Virus record (IMG/VR): IMGVR_UViG_3300031555_002904
DNA from: a virus
Taxonomy: Duplodnaviria; Heunggongvirae; Uroviricota; Caudoviricetes
Strand: one strand, 5' to 3'
DNA: 64,000 nt
Under the pieces are notes generated by a model. That model was not told the DNA's origin and did not search any database. It worked only from the letters and a program-made list of their open reading frames with translations. Below, piece by piece: positions 10,200-19,579 of this stretch. Within the stretch, counting starts at the first letter, position 1. Each line of letters begins with the position of its first letter. Both the position numbers and the translations under genes were made by a program.

Positions 10200-10625
10200 A
10201 TGTTAGAAATCCTGCTCTCTGTACTCATTACTTGGATGGTAATGGGTGCCCTCTACACTTGGAAAGAGGAAACCTGCAACAACACTCTGTGGAACATTTT
10301 GGACTATGCCATCTCTCTGCCGTGGGTGGTGCTGACGGGTATCTTCATCATCATCTGGTATCCGTTTATGCTGATTTGGAAGTTCATCCGCAACGCAGTC
10401 AAGCCAGTAACCCAAGAGGCTTGGGATAGGGTCAAGATTGAGAAGTATTTCAAGATTGGCAACCTCTACATCTGCTACGACCAAAAGGCAAGAGCATTTT
10501 GCAACAAGCTGTTCCTTGTGCGAATTGCCAAACCGAGAACCGCAATCGCTCACGACCCTGTGTTGATTGTGATTGATGAGCCGAGTGTTCCCGAGGGTGA
10601 GTTCCGCATTGGCAAGGGGGAGTAA
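10200..10625 (+). CDS. membrane protein
   Basis: two N-terminal hydrophobic segments. Confidence 0.6.
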   Translation: MLEILLSVLITWMVMGALYTWKEETCNNTLWNILDYAISLPWVVLTGIFIIIWYPFMLIWKFIRNAVKPVTQEAWDRVKIEKYFKIGNLYICYDQKARAFCNKLFLVRIAKPRTAIAHDPVLIVIDEPSVPEGEFRIGKGE

Positions 10626-10816
10626 CATCCCCCACAACCCCCATCCGTGTTCGCGGGTGGGGGACATTTTTTGGCCGGCCCTTCACGTACGCGCGGGCCG
10701 GTTTTTCGGCAAAATAACCAGTTTCAACAATTTTTTGGGTAAATCTTTTGTGTAAATTGACACTTGACATTTCCCGTATTTGTGGTATAATACTAACAGA
10801 AAGTGAGGTAAATAGA

Positions 10817-11290
10817 ATGAATACAAAACTGCTCTTAGTGTTCGTTGTACTGAACATCGCCAATGTCATCATTCAAACTGTAAAATCTATCGCCACTGTC
10901 AAGTGCGGAAAGGCAACCGCCGCAGTTGTCAATGCAGTTGCCTACGGTCTGTATACTATCGTCACTGTCTATTTGATGTGTGAACTTGACCTTTATCTCA
11001 AAGCAGGTATTGTTGCCTTGTGTAACCTTGTCGGTGTCTATGTGGTAAAACTGATTGAGGAAAAGGCACGAAAGGATAAACTGTGGAAAGTGGAAGCAAC
11101 CGTTCCTGCCAAGTACCAAGGTGCGGTGCATTTCGATTTGAAAGACATTCCCCACAACTACATTGAGGGTGTCGGCAACTACACCTTATTCAACTTCTAC
11201 TGTGCGACCCAAGCCGAGAGTGCGAAAGTCCGTGACATTATCAATCAGTACGAAGCCAAGTACTTTGTGAGTGAAAGCAAGACCCTGTAA
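10817..11290 (+). CDS. DUF5698/UPF0316-like membrane protein
   Basis: three TM helices (NVIIQTVKSI..KG..AA pattern) plus C-terminal soluble domain. Confidence 0.55.
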   Translation: MNTKLLLVFVVLNIANVIIQTVKSIATVKCGKATAAVVNAVAYGLYTIVTVYLMCELDLYLKAGIVALCNLVGVYVVKLIEEKARKDKLWKVEATVPAKYQGAVHFDLKDIPHNYIEGVGNYTLFNFYCATQAESAKVRDIINQYEAKYFVSESKTL

Positions 11291-11351
11291 AAAGGGTCTT
11301 GACAAACTCAATAATCTGTGCTATAATAACCACAGAAAGGAAGTGAATGAA

Positions 11352-11564
11352 ATGATGAATTTCTTATTTGAAGATACCATCGATGGTGGTTTCTTCTTTG
11401 TACAGTGCAACAGTGTAGAAGAGGCTTACGAAATCATTTGGGAAGAAATCGCTTGCGAACATTCCGGCTTGGTGATGGGGTGTTCCGATGTTCCCGACTG
11501 GTACGACTATCTCGGTGAGTACACCGACGCACAAACGGAAGCAATGGGATACGACACATTTTGA
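11352..11564 (+). CDS. hypothetical protein
   Basis: ORF after promoter; terminator follows. Confidence 0.55.
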   Translation: MMNFLFEDTIDGGFFFVQCNSVEEAYEIIWEEIACEHSGLVMGCSDVPDWYDYLGEYTDAQTEAMGYDTF

Positions 11565-12028
11565 GCGAGGGGAAACCCTCGCTTTTCCCATTAAGATTTG
11601 GCGGCCCGCGGACGTATGTGCGCGGGCAGAAATTCCATTATAACAGACCCCCAGCAATTTGTCAAGAGGAAATTTTGCACAAATAATCATTCTGTAAAAT
11701 CCCGTTATTTGTGCAAATTACTACTTGCAATTTGCGGTGCGATGTGGTACAATTAAGGAGCAATGAGGGTGAGCAACAACGCAGGACAGAGCGAGCCGAG
11801 CGAAAAAAAAGTTGAAAAACCTCTTGACAAATGCCCCAAGATGTGATACAATGTAAGAGCAATGAGGGGAACACCCCAAGCCAAGCGGTTGAAAAAAAGT
11901 TGAAAAAACTTCAAAAAACCTCTTGACAAACCGCACTGAATGTGCTATAATAAGAACACAAAGAGGGAAACCTCTTGTGAATATTACCGACAGGTTCAAG
12001 TCGTAAAAACCGAAAGGAAGTCGATACT

Positions 12029-12403
12029 ATGGCTACTAACACTACCTCTACCCCCAAGCTGACCAAGGCACAGAAGTTTGCTATGCTCCGTGCCATCCCT
12101 GCCGTTGCGGAGAACGCAATGCTGGTCGAGTTTATCGACCACGAGGTCGAGTTGCTGACCAAGAAGAACTCCGCTGACAAGAAGCCCACCGCACAGCAGG
12201 TGCAGAACGCAGGTATCGCCACCGCCATCGTCGAGGGTATGGAACCCAACCGTCTGTACACCGTTACCGAGGTCATCAAGTCCATCCCTGCGTGTGCTGA
12301 CCTGACCAATCAGAGGGTGTCCGCCCTGCTCCGCCAGTTGGTCGAGGCTGGCAAGGTCAAGCGTACCGAGGACAAGAGAAAGGCATACTTCTCCCTTGTC
12401 TAA
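12029..12403 (+). CDS. wHTH DNA-binding protein (paralog of 8209-8583)
   Basis: long near-identical stretches shared with the 8209 ORF. Confidence 0.75.
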   Translation: MATNTTSTPKLTKAQKFAMLRAIPAVAENAMLVEFIDHEVELLTKKNSADKKPTAQQVQNAGIATAIVEGMEPNRLYTVTEVIKSIPACADLTNQRVSALLRQLVEAGKVKRTEDKRKAYFSLV

Positions 12404-12501
12404 CCCTGCCGAGGGTCGAGGGGGCAATCGCCCCCTCAAAACTCCCTCTTGACAACCTGCCCCAAGTGTGCTGTACTATGTAATGAAAGGGGGCAACCAC
12501 T

Positions 12502-12870
12502 ATGGAAACGCAAGTTGACCGCATTATGAAAAATCTGCGTTGTAGCCGAGAGGAAGCCGAAGCCGTACTTGCCGAGGACAAGAAGATAGACCGAGGGGAA
12601 AAGGTCGATTTTGACTTGACCGACGAGCAACACAAGCAGGCTATGAAGAACGCCAACGCAGGCACACGCACCGCCAAAGAGGGCAAAACCGCACGAAAAG
12701 CACCAGAAAACCCCACAAAAGAGGGTGTAATTGCTAAAATTGCGGAGTTTTTGACCGAAAATGGCTACAATTCCGTCGAAATCACCAACAAAACACGGCA
12801 AATCGCCTTCAAAATTGGTGAAGATGCCTACGAATTGACGCTAATCGCTAAACGCAAGCCGAAAAGTTGA
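12502..12870 (+). CDS. hypothetical protein (paralog of 8693-9046)
   Basis: shared motif; same gene order as the 8.2-9.0 kb pair. Confidence 0.7.
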   Translation: METQVDRIMKNLRCSREEAEAVLAEDKKIDRGEKVDFDLTDEQHKQAMKNANAGTRTAKEGKTARKAPENPTKEGVIAKIAEFLTENGYNSVEITNKTRQIAFKIGEDAYELTLIAKRKPKS

Positions 12871-13071
12871 GAAAAACCGCCTAAAATGGGCGGTTTTTCG
12901 CGTTTTTGTGTAATTTTTTGTGCGGTTTACATAATTTTCGGCCGCCCGCAGACAAATGTCGCGGGCGTTATTTAGCATTTTGCACAACCCAGGCATTTTT
13001 TCAAATCGAATTTTTGTGCACTATTACCACTTGCATTGTCCCGCAATTATGGTATAATACTATTGTCCGAT

Positions 13072-13168
13072 GGGGATGGGCTGGCTAGGAAAGTCAGAGG
13101 ATGCTTTGGTCTAAGCCTTCATCCTGCCGAGGGTGTGCAAGGGGGTTCGATTCCCCCCATCTCCACCA
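13072..13168 (+). ncRNA. tRNA-like RNA with Ala identity (G3.U70, A73, CCA) and aberrant anticodon arm
   Basis: GGGGATG/CATCTCC-ACCA acceptor; GGGGG-TTCGATT-CCCCC T arm; own promoter. Confidence 0.65.
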
Positions 13169-13237
13169 AAAAAAGTGCTTGACAAATGGCACAAAGTATG
13201 CTATAATAAGTTCATCAAATGAAGGAGATTGATACCC

Positions 13238-13843
13238 ATGAGAAACATTAAACTTTTCGAGCGTGAGTTGGCGCTCATCGTAAATGAAGACCTGCGCATG
13301 GCTACCAAGTCTTATCTGGAAGAAGCCACACCTGACTACTTTTGGACGGACGGCGCATCCAGTTCCGGCAAGTATCATCCGAAGTTCGCCCACGGCATCG
13401 GCGGTACTATTCGCCACACCAAGGCAGTTGTGATGTTTGCAGAAGAGTTGCTCCGCATGAGTTCCTATGCGTACATGAGAGCAGAGTACAAGGATTATGT
13501 CATTGTCGCCTGCCTTATCCACGACACGAACAAGTACGGCATCAAGGACTTTGACAAGTCCCAGTACGCAGACCATGCACGAAACGCCGCCGAGAGTTTC
13601 ACCCATTGGTGCGAGGAACAGTACGGATTTACTCCCCATTTCTTGCTGACAAATGCGGTTGCAAGCCACATGGGGCAGTGGTCTACCGACAGAGAGGACA
13701 GACCTTTTACTTCCGTAGACAGATGTGTTCACATGGCGGACTACATGGCAAGCCGTTCTTTCATCGACATTCCTGCAATCAGCGAGGAATACAGCACGAT
13801 TGCGTGCGAATGGGCGGCTCAAAACCACGAACTGCCTTTCTAA
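13238..13843 (+). CDS. HD-domain phosphohydrolase
   Basis: ASSSGKYHP...H...LIHD...HMG...ADY pattern. Confidence 0.85.
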   Translation: MRNIKLFERELALIVNEDLRMATKSYLEEATPDYFWTDGASSSGKYHPKFAHGIGGTIRHTKAVVMFAEELLRMSSYAYMRAEYKDYVIVACLIHDTNKYGIKDFDKSQYADHARNAAESFTHWCEEQYGFTPHFLLTNAVASHMGQWSTDREDRPFTSVDRCVHMADYMASRSFIDIPAISEEYSTIACEWAAQNHELPF

Positions 13844-14033
13844 AAAAAACGAAAAAGGGGGTTGACAAAACCCCCAAGGTATGCTATAATACATTCAGAA
13901 AGTGAGGTGCAGATTATGAACTGCTTGAAGTGCCCTAACTACTGGAAAACCGACATTGACGAAACCAAGTGCGACCAGTGCGGAACGCAAGAACAGCCGA
14001 CCGCAGACCCTAAGGAAAGCGAGGACAAGAACA

Positions 14034-14204
14034 ATGGCTAAAAAGCATCTCGGCTGTGCCGATAGCAACTGTGGCTACTACTGGCAAGATGAAGGGGAAG
14101 ACCACCCTTCCTGCCACTACCCCAGCGATAGCCCTTTCCCCGCCCCCTGTGAAGAAGATGACTGGGATGCCGAACCTGCAGAGGAGGACGAGGACTATGA
14201 GTAG
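14034..14204 (+). CDS. small Cys-rich acidic protein
   Basis: GAGGA RBS; ends in TAG overlapping next start. Confidence 0.45.
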   Translation: MAKKHLGCADSNCGYYWQDEGEDHPSCHYPSDSPFPAPCEEDDWDAEPAEEDEDYE

Positions 14205-14367
14205 ATGTTGGCGTTGCTCCCATGTGGGACAGGAAACCACGGACGATGTGGCCTGTTGCAATCTGTGTGAAGAGGGTGACGAGTGTTGGGACTTCTTCGA
14301 CCCCGTCGAAGACCCTTACAACGAGGATGACCCCTATGTAGTAACAAACCCCATGGCTCATTATTGA
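14197..14367 (+). CDS. small Cys-rich acidic protein
   Basis: CWRC..CCNLC; GAGGA RBS. Confidence 0.45.
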   Translation: MSRCWRCSHVGQETTDDVACCNLCEEGDECWDFFDPVEDPYNEDDPYVVTNPMAHY

Positions 14368-14863
14368 GTCATGGGGTCATTTTTTGGCGGGCCGTACACT
14401 AGCGCTTCCGGCCCGAATTTCGATTTGTCAAGTGATTTCAAGTATTTTTTCACAAAATGCGGCCGGGGCGAACATCCGTTCGGATTCCCGAAACTCGACG
14501 GGCCGAGGACGCCAGTACTGGCCCGATTTTCCGATCGGTACACCCCATATGCAAATTTTCTGCTACTTCTAGCGACCTCTATATGGCCTCAATTTTTCCC
14601 GAAAACCAAGTCCCCGCAGGGCCGATCGGGAATCCGCATATGGCCGATCTATTTGTATAAAGCCGATCGGCTTATTATTATTCTCTTCCATTATAATTAT
14701 AACATATTTTTTTATAAAAATCAACCCGATCGGGAAATTTAGTTTTTTTTAATATTATACCAAAAAAATTCTTATTTGTCAAGGCCGCACCGACCGCAAT
14801 TGACTTTATAAAAAAAATATGATATAATAATAATACAATAAAGAAGAAATGAGGTATATACCA

Positions 14864-15301
14864 ATGATTAGTGAAAAGGATATCCTGGCCCGTCTGCGCA
14901 ACGGTGAGTCTATGGATACTATCGGGCAGTCTATTGCCGACGTGCTGAACGCCGCTCAGAGTGCCTATGATGCTGAGGTTGAGGCCACCAAGAAGGCCGA
15001 GGCCGCAAACGCTCTGGCTACCCAGAAGCGCGAGCTGGCCGAGGAGTTTATTCATCTTATGCAGAGATACGGTGACCTGGTTTGTCCCGGCAGTCGTGAC
15101 ATTCTGTCTGAGTACACCGATGAAGACCTGGACGAAATGATCGCCGCAATCGATCAGATGTTCAATCTACTTCAGTTTGCAATTCAGATGCGCGCCGCCT
15201 TGGAAGAGAAGCCCCAGACCAAGAGCCACATTACTCCCGCCACCCACGCTTCCAAGAGCGATGATGAAGTATTAGCCAATTTCATCAAGAGTTTGGTCTA
15301 A
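14864..15301 (+). CDS. hypothetical protein
   Basis: GAGGT RBS, biased codons, own promoter. Confidence 0.7.
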   Translation: MISEKDILARLRNGESMDTIGQSIADVLNAAQSAYDAEVEATKKAEAANALATQKRELAEEFIHLMQRYGDLVCPGSRDILSEYTDEDLDEMIAAIDQMFNLLQFAIQMRAALEEKPQTKSHITPATHASKSDDEVLANFIKSLV

Positions 15302-15534
15302 GTGAAGAAACTCTCACAAGAAGGCTATAACTAAGAGCGTAGCTACCAAGAGAAGAGCTAGCGCAATATGATTTCAATCCCGAGGACTTTCCATGGTCCC
15401 CGGGATTTTTTATGTTTGGAAACTGATAGGGTGACGATAACGATGACGGGCAAATTGATCGATGAGTCTAGGCCCCGATCGGCCACCACACTCCACTAAC
15501 TTTGTACCATATAAAACAAAAAAAAGGAGAGGTT

Positions 15535-15618
15535 TTACCCTCTCCTTCTCAATATTAAATGTATTGCCACAATGCCAAGAGCATAACCAATGCACCAGCC
15601 AATTATGAATTCAATCAT
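15535..15618 (-). CDS. 27-aa single-TM peptide
   Basis: MIEFIIGWCIGYALGIVAIHLILRRRG, coupled to upstream stop (ATGA). Confidence 0.35.
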   Translation of the reverse strand: MIEFIIGWCIGYALGIVAIHLILRRRG

Positions 15619-16103
15619 CCCTTAGCTTCCAGTCCATAGTTGAATCCATCCAAGAGAGAGTCAACGGTCATCTCTCTCGCATTCTTCAATACGGCATCTA
15701 CATCAATGCCAATCTTGACATCTCCAATAGGCCCACAATCTGCGGCCGCTGCTGTTCCGTCACACTGACTTGCAGTCTTTCCGCATACTGCATGAGCCTG
15801 TTCCTTGTAATACTGCGGACTCTGGTATTCCTGCACGTAAGATCTGGGACTGCGATACTCGTCCACATTGCCGGCTTCACTTACAGTACCATATTCAAAC
15901 CAGTCGCCATTCTTGTAACGTACAATCTTATTATTGTCATCATAGACAATATAATAGACTCCGCTACTCTTATTCTTCAGTCCATGCTGAGAAGAAGCGA
16001 ACACCGGCACTCCGTGCCAGTTGCCGACTCTATTTCCACCTTGATCTGCACTTTTCAAATTACTATATGAAAATTTCATTTCAATTTTCCTTTCGTTTTT
16101 CAT
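15615..16103 (-). CDS. hypothetical protein
   Basis: ORF with minus-strand promoter near 16165-16197. Confidence 0.65.
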   Translation of the reverse strand: MKNERKIEMKFSYSNLKSADQGGNRVGNWHGVPVFASSQHGLKNKSSGVYYIVYDDNNKIVRYKNGDWFEYGTVSEAGNVDEYRSPRSYVQEYQSPQYYKEQAHAVCGKTASQCDGTAAAADCGPIGDVKIGIDVDAVLKNAREMTVDSLLDGFNYGLEAKG

Positions 16104-16185
16104 TTCATTTTTTCAAATGAAAAATCATTTTTTCAATTCATTTTTTCATTTCATTTTTTCCTACAATTATTATATCAAAAAATAA

Positions 16186-16386
16186 TTAAAAAATCAAATG
16201 GGAATTTTCTTCGCCCTCTTCTTTAACTTTAGTATAGTCATAAGGTATTTCAGAAACTGGTACTATATAAATAGCAGGATCTCCACTTACCATATATAAT
16301 TTAATCTCTTCAGCATCATATGGTAAATCCTCTATACTACCTATCTTAAATTTTACATCGCCCTTAGGCGCTTTAAAATATCTCAT
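16186..16386 (-). CDS. hypothetical protein
   Basis: AAGGAG RBS. Confidence 0.6.
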   Translation of the reverse strand: MRYFKAPKGDVKFKIGSIEDLPYDAEEIKLYMVSGDPAIYIVPVSEIPYDYTKVKEEGEENSHLIF

Positions 16387-16489
16387 AATCGCACTCCTTT
16401 ATCACTTCATCGCCGGTAGGCGCAAGCGGATTGGTGCCAACGGCACCAAACGCACCTATTATCATTTACATTATCATTATCATTAACAT

Positions 16490-16780
16490 TATCATACATT
16501 TGTAAGTTTTGTATTATTTGTATTTTTGTAATCATTTGGTAAAATCGTTTGTAAAATCTACTTTTATTTGTAAAATGTTTGTAAAAATTTTAGAAATTCC
16601 ACGGTTTTTGGCCGTCAACAAGCGCAGATGTTTCATCTACTTTACAAACTTCACCAATTTTACCAAACTCACCATCAGTACAAACTTTTGTATTTTTTGT
16701 AACTTTTGTATCATTTGTATTTTTGTAATTATTTGGTAAATTTGTTTGTAAATTTTGTGAATCTTTTTGTAAAAGTTCTG
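16490..16780. repeat. iteron-like TTTGTA(A) direct repeats, candidate replication origin
   Basis: about 15 TTTGTA/TTGGTAAA copies in and just downstream of the initiator-like gene; AT-rich TTTCA repeats at 16070-16160. Confidence 0.55.
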
Positions 16781-17174
16781 GATAAGTAGAACGGATAACC
16801 CCCAGCCGATAGCTCACTATTTGCTGCGTCAAGCCCAGTCTCTCCGCAATTTCACGCTGGCGCATGCCTCGCAGATGCAAGTCCGCAATCTGATCCAATT
16901 TTTGATCCAAAATTTTCTTTTGTCTCTGCGTTTCCACTTTCTAATCATACTTAACATGATCCTTCCCCGCCACAACCTTTGTAGGTTCTAACATCAATTC
17001 AACAATCATATCATCACTGCTAATCTATCCACATAAAACCATTTCAATGGCACTAATAGCCAACTCTCCGGCTTTCTCTGGATCAACAGCATATAATTTC
17101 TTTATCTATTCAAAAGTGCTCTAATAAATAACACCACTTTGTCTAACTTCTAAATCTTTGAAATTCTCAATCAC
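16590..17174 (-). CDS. phage replication-initiator-like protein with HTH (4 in-frame TAG=Gln)
   Basis: GTG start after GGAGG; MIENFKDLEVRQSGVIY*STFE*IKKLYAVDPEKAGELAISAIEMVLCG*...YD*KVETQ... continues into HTH (MRQREIAERLGLTQQIVSYRL); N-terminus is DUF6291-like; internal repeats. Confidence 0.65.
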
Positions 17175-17358
17175 TGCGGCCGACCTCCCCCATAAGCGCC
17201 TCAAAGGCAGCTGTAAAGCGCGGAGTAGCCTCGTATACCCAACAATTTAGGTGCGGATTTTGCGGATTTTTCATTTCCGTAATATGTACGAATCCCTATT
17301 GCTATAGCGCAACATGGAGTCGCAATGAATAAACTATTTTAGTCTTCGTATTTAGCAT
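17167..17358 (-). CDS. DUF5659-like small protein (2 in-frame TAG=Gln)
   Basis: MLNTKTKIVYSLRLHVAL*Q*GFVHITEMKNPQNPHLNCWVYE...; AAGGAG RBS. Confidence 0.6.
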
Positions 17359-17371
17359 TAATATTGGCTCC

Positions 17372-17509
17372 TTATCTATCAAATTTTTCGTCTAATAACT
17401 CTTTAATTAGACGGCGAATAACCTAAGATATGGTGAGATCATTATCTTCAGCATATTCTTGTAATAACTGTTTCTCAATATCATCAATTTTTATAGTAAT
17501 TGAGGTCAC
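17372..17509 (-). CDS. ribbon-helix-helix (CopG-like) regulator (1 in-frame TAG=Gln)
   Basis: MTSITIKIDDIEKQLLQEYAEDNDLTIS*VIRRLIKELL fits the RHH consensus with Q; GGAGGTG RBS. Confidence 0.75.
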
Positions 17510-17772
17510 AGAATCACCTCCTATACTTATTATAAAAATCTAACTAATAAAATTGTCTTACCCTGTCCTACGCTGTCTTACCTTTCTTATTGTAAATAAG
17601 CCCAACTAAATCTATCTAATTGATTTTATAAAAAAAATATGATATAATATATATGTAAGATAAAGAAAAAGAAAAAGACAAGTAACCGTCAGAATTATCA
17701 AAATCCGTTTTTCGGAAATGTCTGACAACGTCCGACAAACCCACAAAAAAAGCCATTTGGAGGTAAAAGATT

Positions 17773-18033
17773 ATGAACGGCGTTGGCAATGATTTTCACC
17801 CCTCAGCAATCGAAAATCACATCTATGATATAATCAACACTGAAGAGCATACCGTGTCGTCCAGTGAATACGATCGTACTATCGGTCCTGCAATTATGGA
17901 ATATCTTGAGGACTGTTCCGTACAGTTCAATATGATCGAAGATCCTTATCCCGATATGACGGGTGCATCCCTTTCCATTTGCTGGATTGAGACCGGCTAC
18001 CTCCATCACATTGTACTCAATCTCAAGTACTAA
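17773..18033 (+). CDS. hypothetical protein
   Basis: GGAGG RBS; first of a coupled operon. Confidence 0.65.
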   Translation: MNGVGNDFHPSAIENHIYDIINTEEHTVSSSEYDRTIGPAIMEYLEDCSVQFNMIEDPYPDMTGASLSICWIETGYLHHIVLNLKY

Positions 18034-18045
18034 GGAGACCAACCC

Positions 18046-18330
18046 ATGAACTATATTCGTATCAATCACGATTTTATCAACCTGCGGCAGGCCTTGCATA
18101 TACGCGTCCTACAACCCAGTAACTCTGAGATCGCTATCCAGGTCATTTACCCGGATCGAGTAGAAACTATTCGCCTCGATACCCATGCCAGTGAGATTTC
18201 TGAGCTTCCTGTTCTCACCCGAGAGGCCATCTCCGCAAGCATCCAAGATGCTATCGCCAGTTGCGCTGATGCGGACTGCGAGAATGTTGCATCATATGTG
18301 GAGGACAATCTCGATGACGAAGATTACTAA
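18046..18330 (+). CDS. hypothetical protein
   Basis: AAGGAG RBS. Confidence 0.65.
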   Translation: MNYIRINHDFINLRQALHIRVLQPSNSEIAIQVIYPDRVETIRLDTHASEISELPVLTREAISASIQDAIASCADADCENVASYVEDNLDDEDY

Positions 18331-18781
18331 TAAGCACGAAGTTGTCCTCAACTTCATCGAACAGTTCCGCGCATTCGGCGACGCAGTCAAAGATTGTTTC
18401 AGCAACGGTATGTGCTGGCATTTCACAATGGTTCTGCGCGGACGCTTCGGCATGGAAAACCAGGTCATGTACGATCCAGTAGTCAACCATTTCGCCACGA
18501 AGATCGGCGATCATATCTATGACATTACTGGCGACATTACTGATAATCCTGCTTACAAGTTTGAATACTGGGCCTCGTATTGGCTGAACGACCTCAAGGA
18601 AACCGCACGCATTCGCAGAGATTGTATATGGAAAATTCCCCACGATTTGTTGACCTGTGGGATTTGTCCCTATGGCTACGAAGATGATTTTGGCAATTTA
18701 ATCTGCGACATAGATAACTCTCCCGTCGACTGGGACGACCCCTGCAAGTGCGGCTACCACCCCGTGGAGGTGGCACAGTGA
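18314..18781 (+). CDS. hypothetical protein
   Basis: MTKITNKH... after GGAGG; GMCWHF...NHF motif. Confidence 0.65.
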   Translation: MTKITNKHEVVLNFIEQFRAFGDAVKDCFSNGMCWHFTMVLRGRFGMENQVMYDPVVNHFATKIGDHIYDITGDITDNPAYKFEYWASYWLNDLKETARIRRDCIWKIPHDLLTCGICPYGYEDDFGNLICDIDNSPVDWDDPCKCGYHPVEVAQ

Positions 18782-18990
18782 TGTTTGTAAGAGTTAACGG
18801 TCGATGGATTATCAATTTATCTAAGGTCAAATATCTTGGCCTATCCAATGAAAATCAAAGTAAGATCGAAGTCAAATATGAAGATGGCGAGTCAGTCACA
18901 TTCTCCTGCGACAGCGAAGAAACTGCACTGCGTAACATTCAACATATTCTTGATTTGTTCGATCCCGATGATGGAGGTGCAATCAAATAA
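18781..18990 (+). CDS. hypothetical protein
   Basis: translationally coupled (TGATG). Confidence 0.6.
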   Translation: MFVRVNGRWIINLSKVKYLGLSNENQSKIEVKYEDGESVTFSCDSEETALRNIQHILDLFDPDDGGAIK

Positions 18991-19226
18991 TGGACGGAAC
19001 TTATATCTGTTTATATTCCGTTATCTATCACGATGATAGCGGAGAGAATAAAGAGGACTTCGGTATGATTTTTGCCGACTCCTTTGCCAGCGCAGCTGAG
19101 TACCTGGAAAAGGTTCTCTATGGCGAGGATCTGGTTGAAATTACTCATATGGAATTGCTCGACACCTGCCCCATCTTCACCAAGGAAACTTGGGAAATTA
19201 TGAAGAAGGAGCTGAATAATAACTAA
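18990..19226 (+). CDS. hypothetical protein
   Basis: coupled (TAATG). Confidence 0.6.
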   Translation: MDGTYICLYSVIYHDDSGENKEDFGMIFADSFASAAEYLEKVLYGEDLVEITHMELLDTCPIFTKETWEIMKKELNNN

Positions 19227-19570
19227 TGGGCGTAGATATCACTGCTCGTATTGGTATCGGATGGATAGTCACAGCCGAGCAGAGAGAAGAAATGATTGAG
19301 GCCGCCCTAGCCAATGCTTCAGAAGATGTATATGTGGAAGACGAATTCCATTTTATCAATGGCTATACCGATGATTCCGACTATTTCCTCGGCGAATGGC
19401 TGAGTTCAGTCGATGCTGGCGAGTGGGAGGATTTGGAAGGCTTTTCTGATAACTTCGATGATGAAGATTTTATGCGAAAATATACAGAAATTCTTCGTGT
19501 TTGCGGCCAGGCCCTCAATCTCGATGACTGGGGACCACCTAAACTATATCTGATAAATCAACTATGGTGA
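19226..19570 (+). CDS. hypothetical protein
   Basis: coupled (TAATG). Confidence 0.65.
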   Translation: MGVDITARIGIGWIVTAEQREEMIEAALANASEDVYVEDEFHFINGYTDDSDYFLGEWLSSVDAGEWEDLEGFSDNFDDEDFMRKYTEILRVCGQALNLDDWGPPKLYLINQLW

Positions 19571-19579
19571 GGTAAGCAT

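Larger units (their letters stand above)
49..13890 (+). promoter_or_regulatory. array of >30 consensus sigma-A promoters (TTGACA-N17-TG-TATAAT/TACAAT)
   Basis: e.g. 49, 517, 802, 1374, 1626, 2108, 2998, 3115, 3415, 4098, 4575, 6033, 6826, 7749, 7867, 8125, 9325, 9608, 10139, 11299, 11824, 11923, 13179, 13862. Confidence 0.85.
428..14420. repeat. interspersed intergenic module: GC-rich imperfect hairpin (GCGCGC..GCGCG), often with a reverse promoter and TTGTGCA boxes
   Basis: copies near 428, 2733, 4878, 5738, 7514, 9234, 10673, 11600, 12939, 14386; related ones at 31491 and 59521. Confidence 0.6.

Noticed and set aside
463-14361. Long minus-strand ORFs in the ORF track (e.g. 830-1453, 5100-5819, 6050-6832, 13094-13894)
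   Set aside because: They are shadows of codon-biased plus-strand genes, lack RBS sites and run through promoters.
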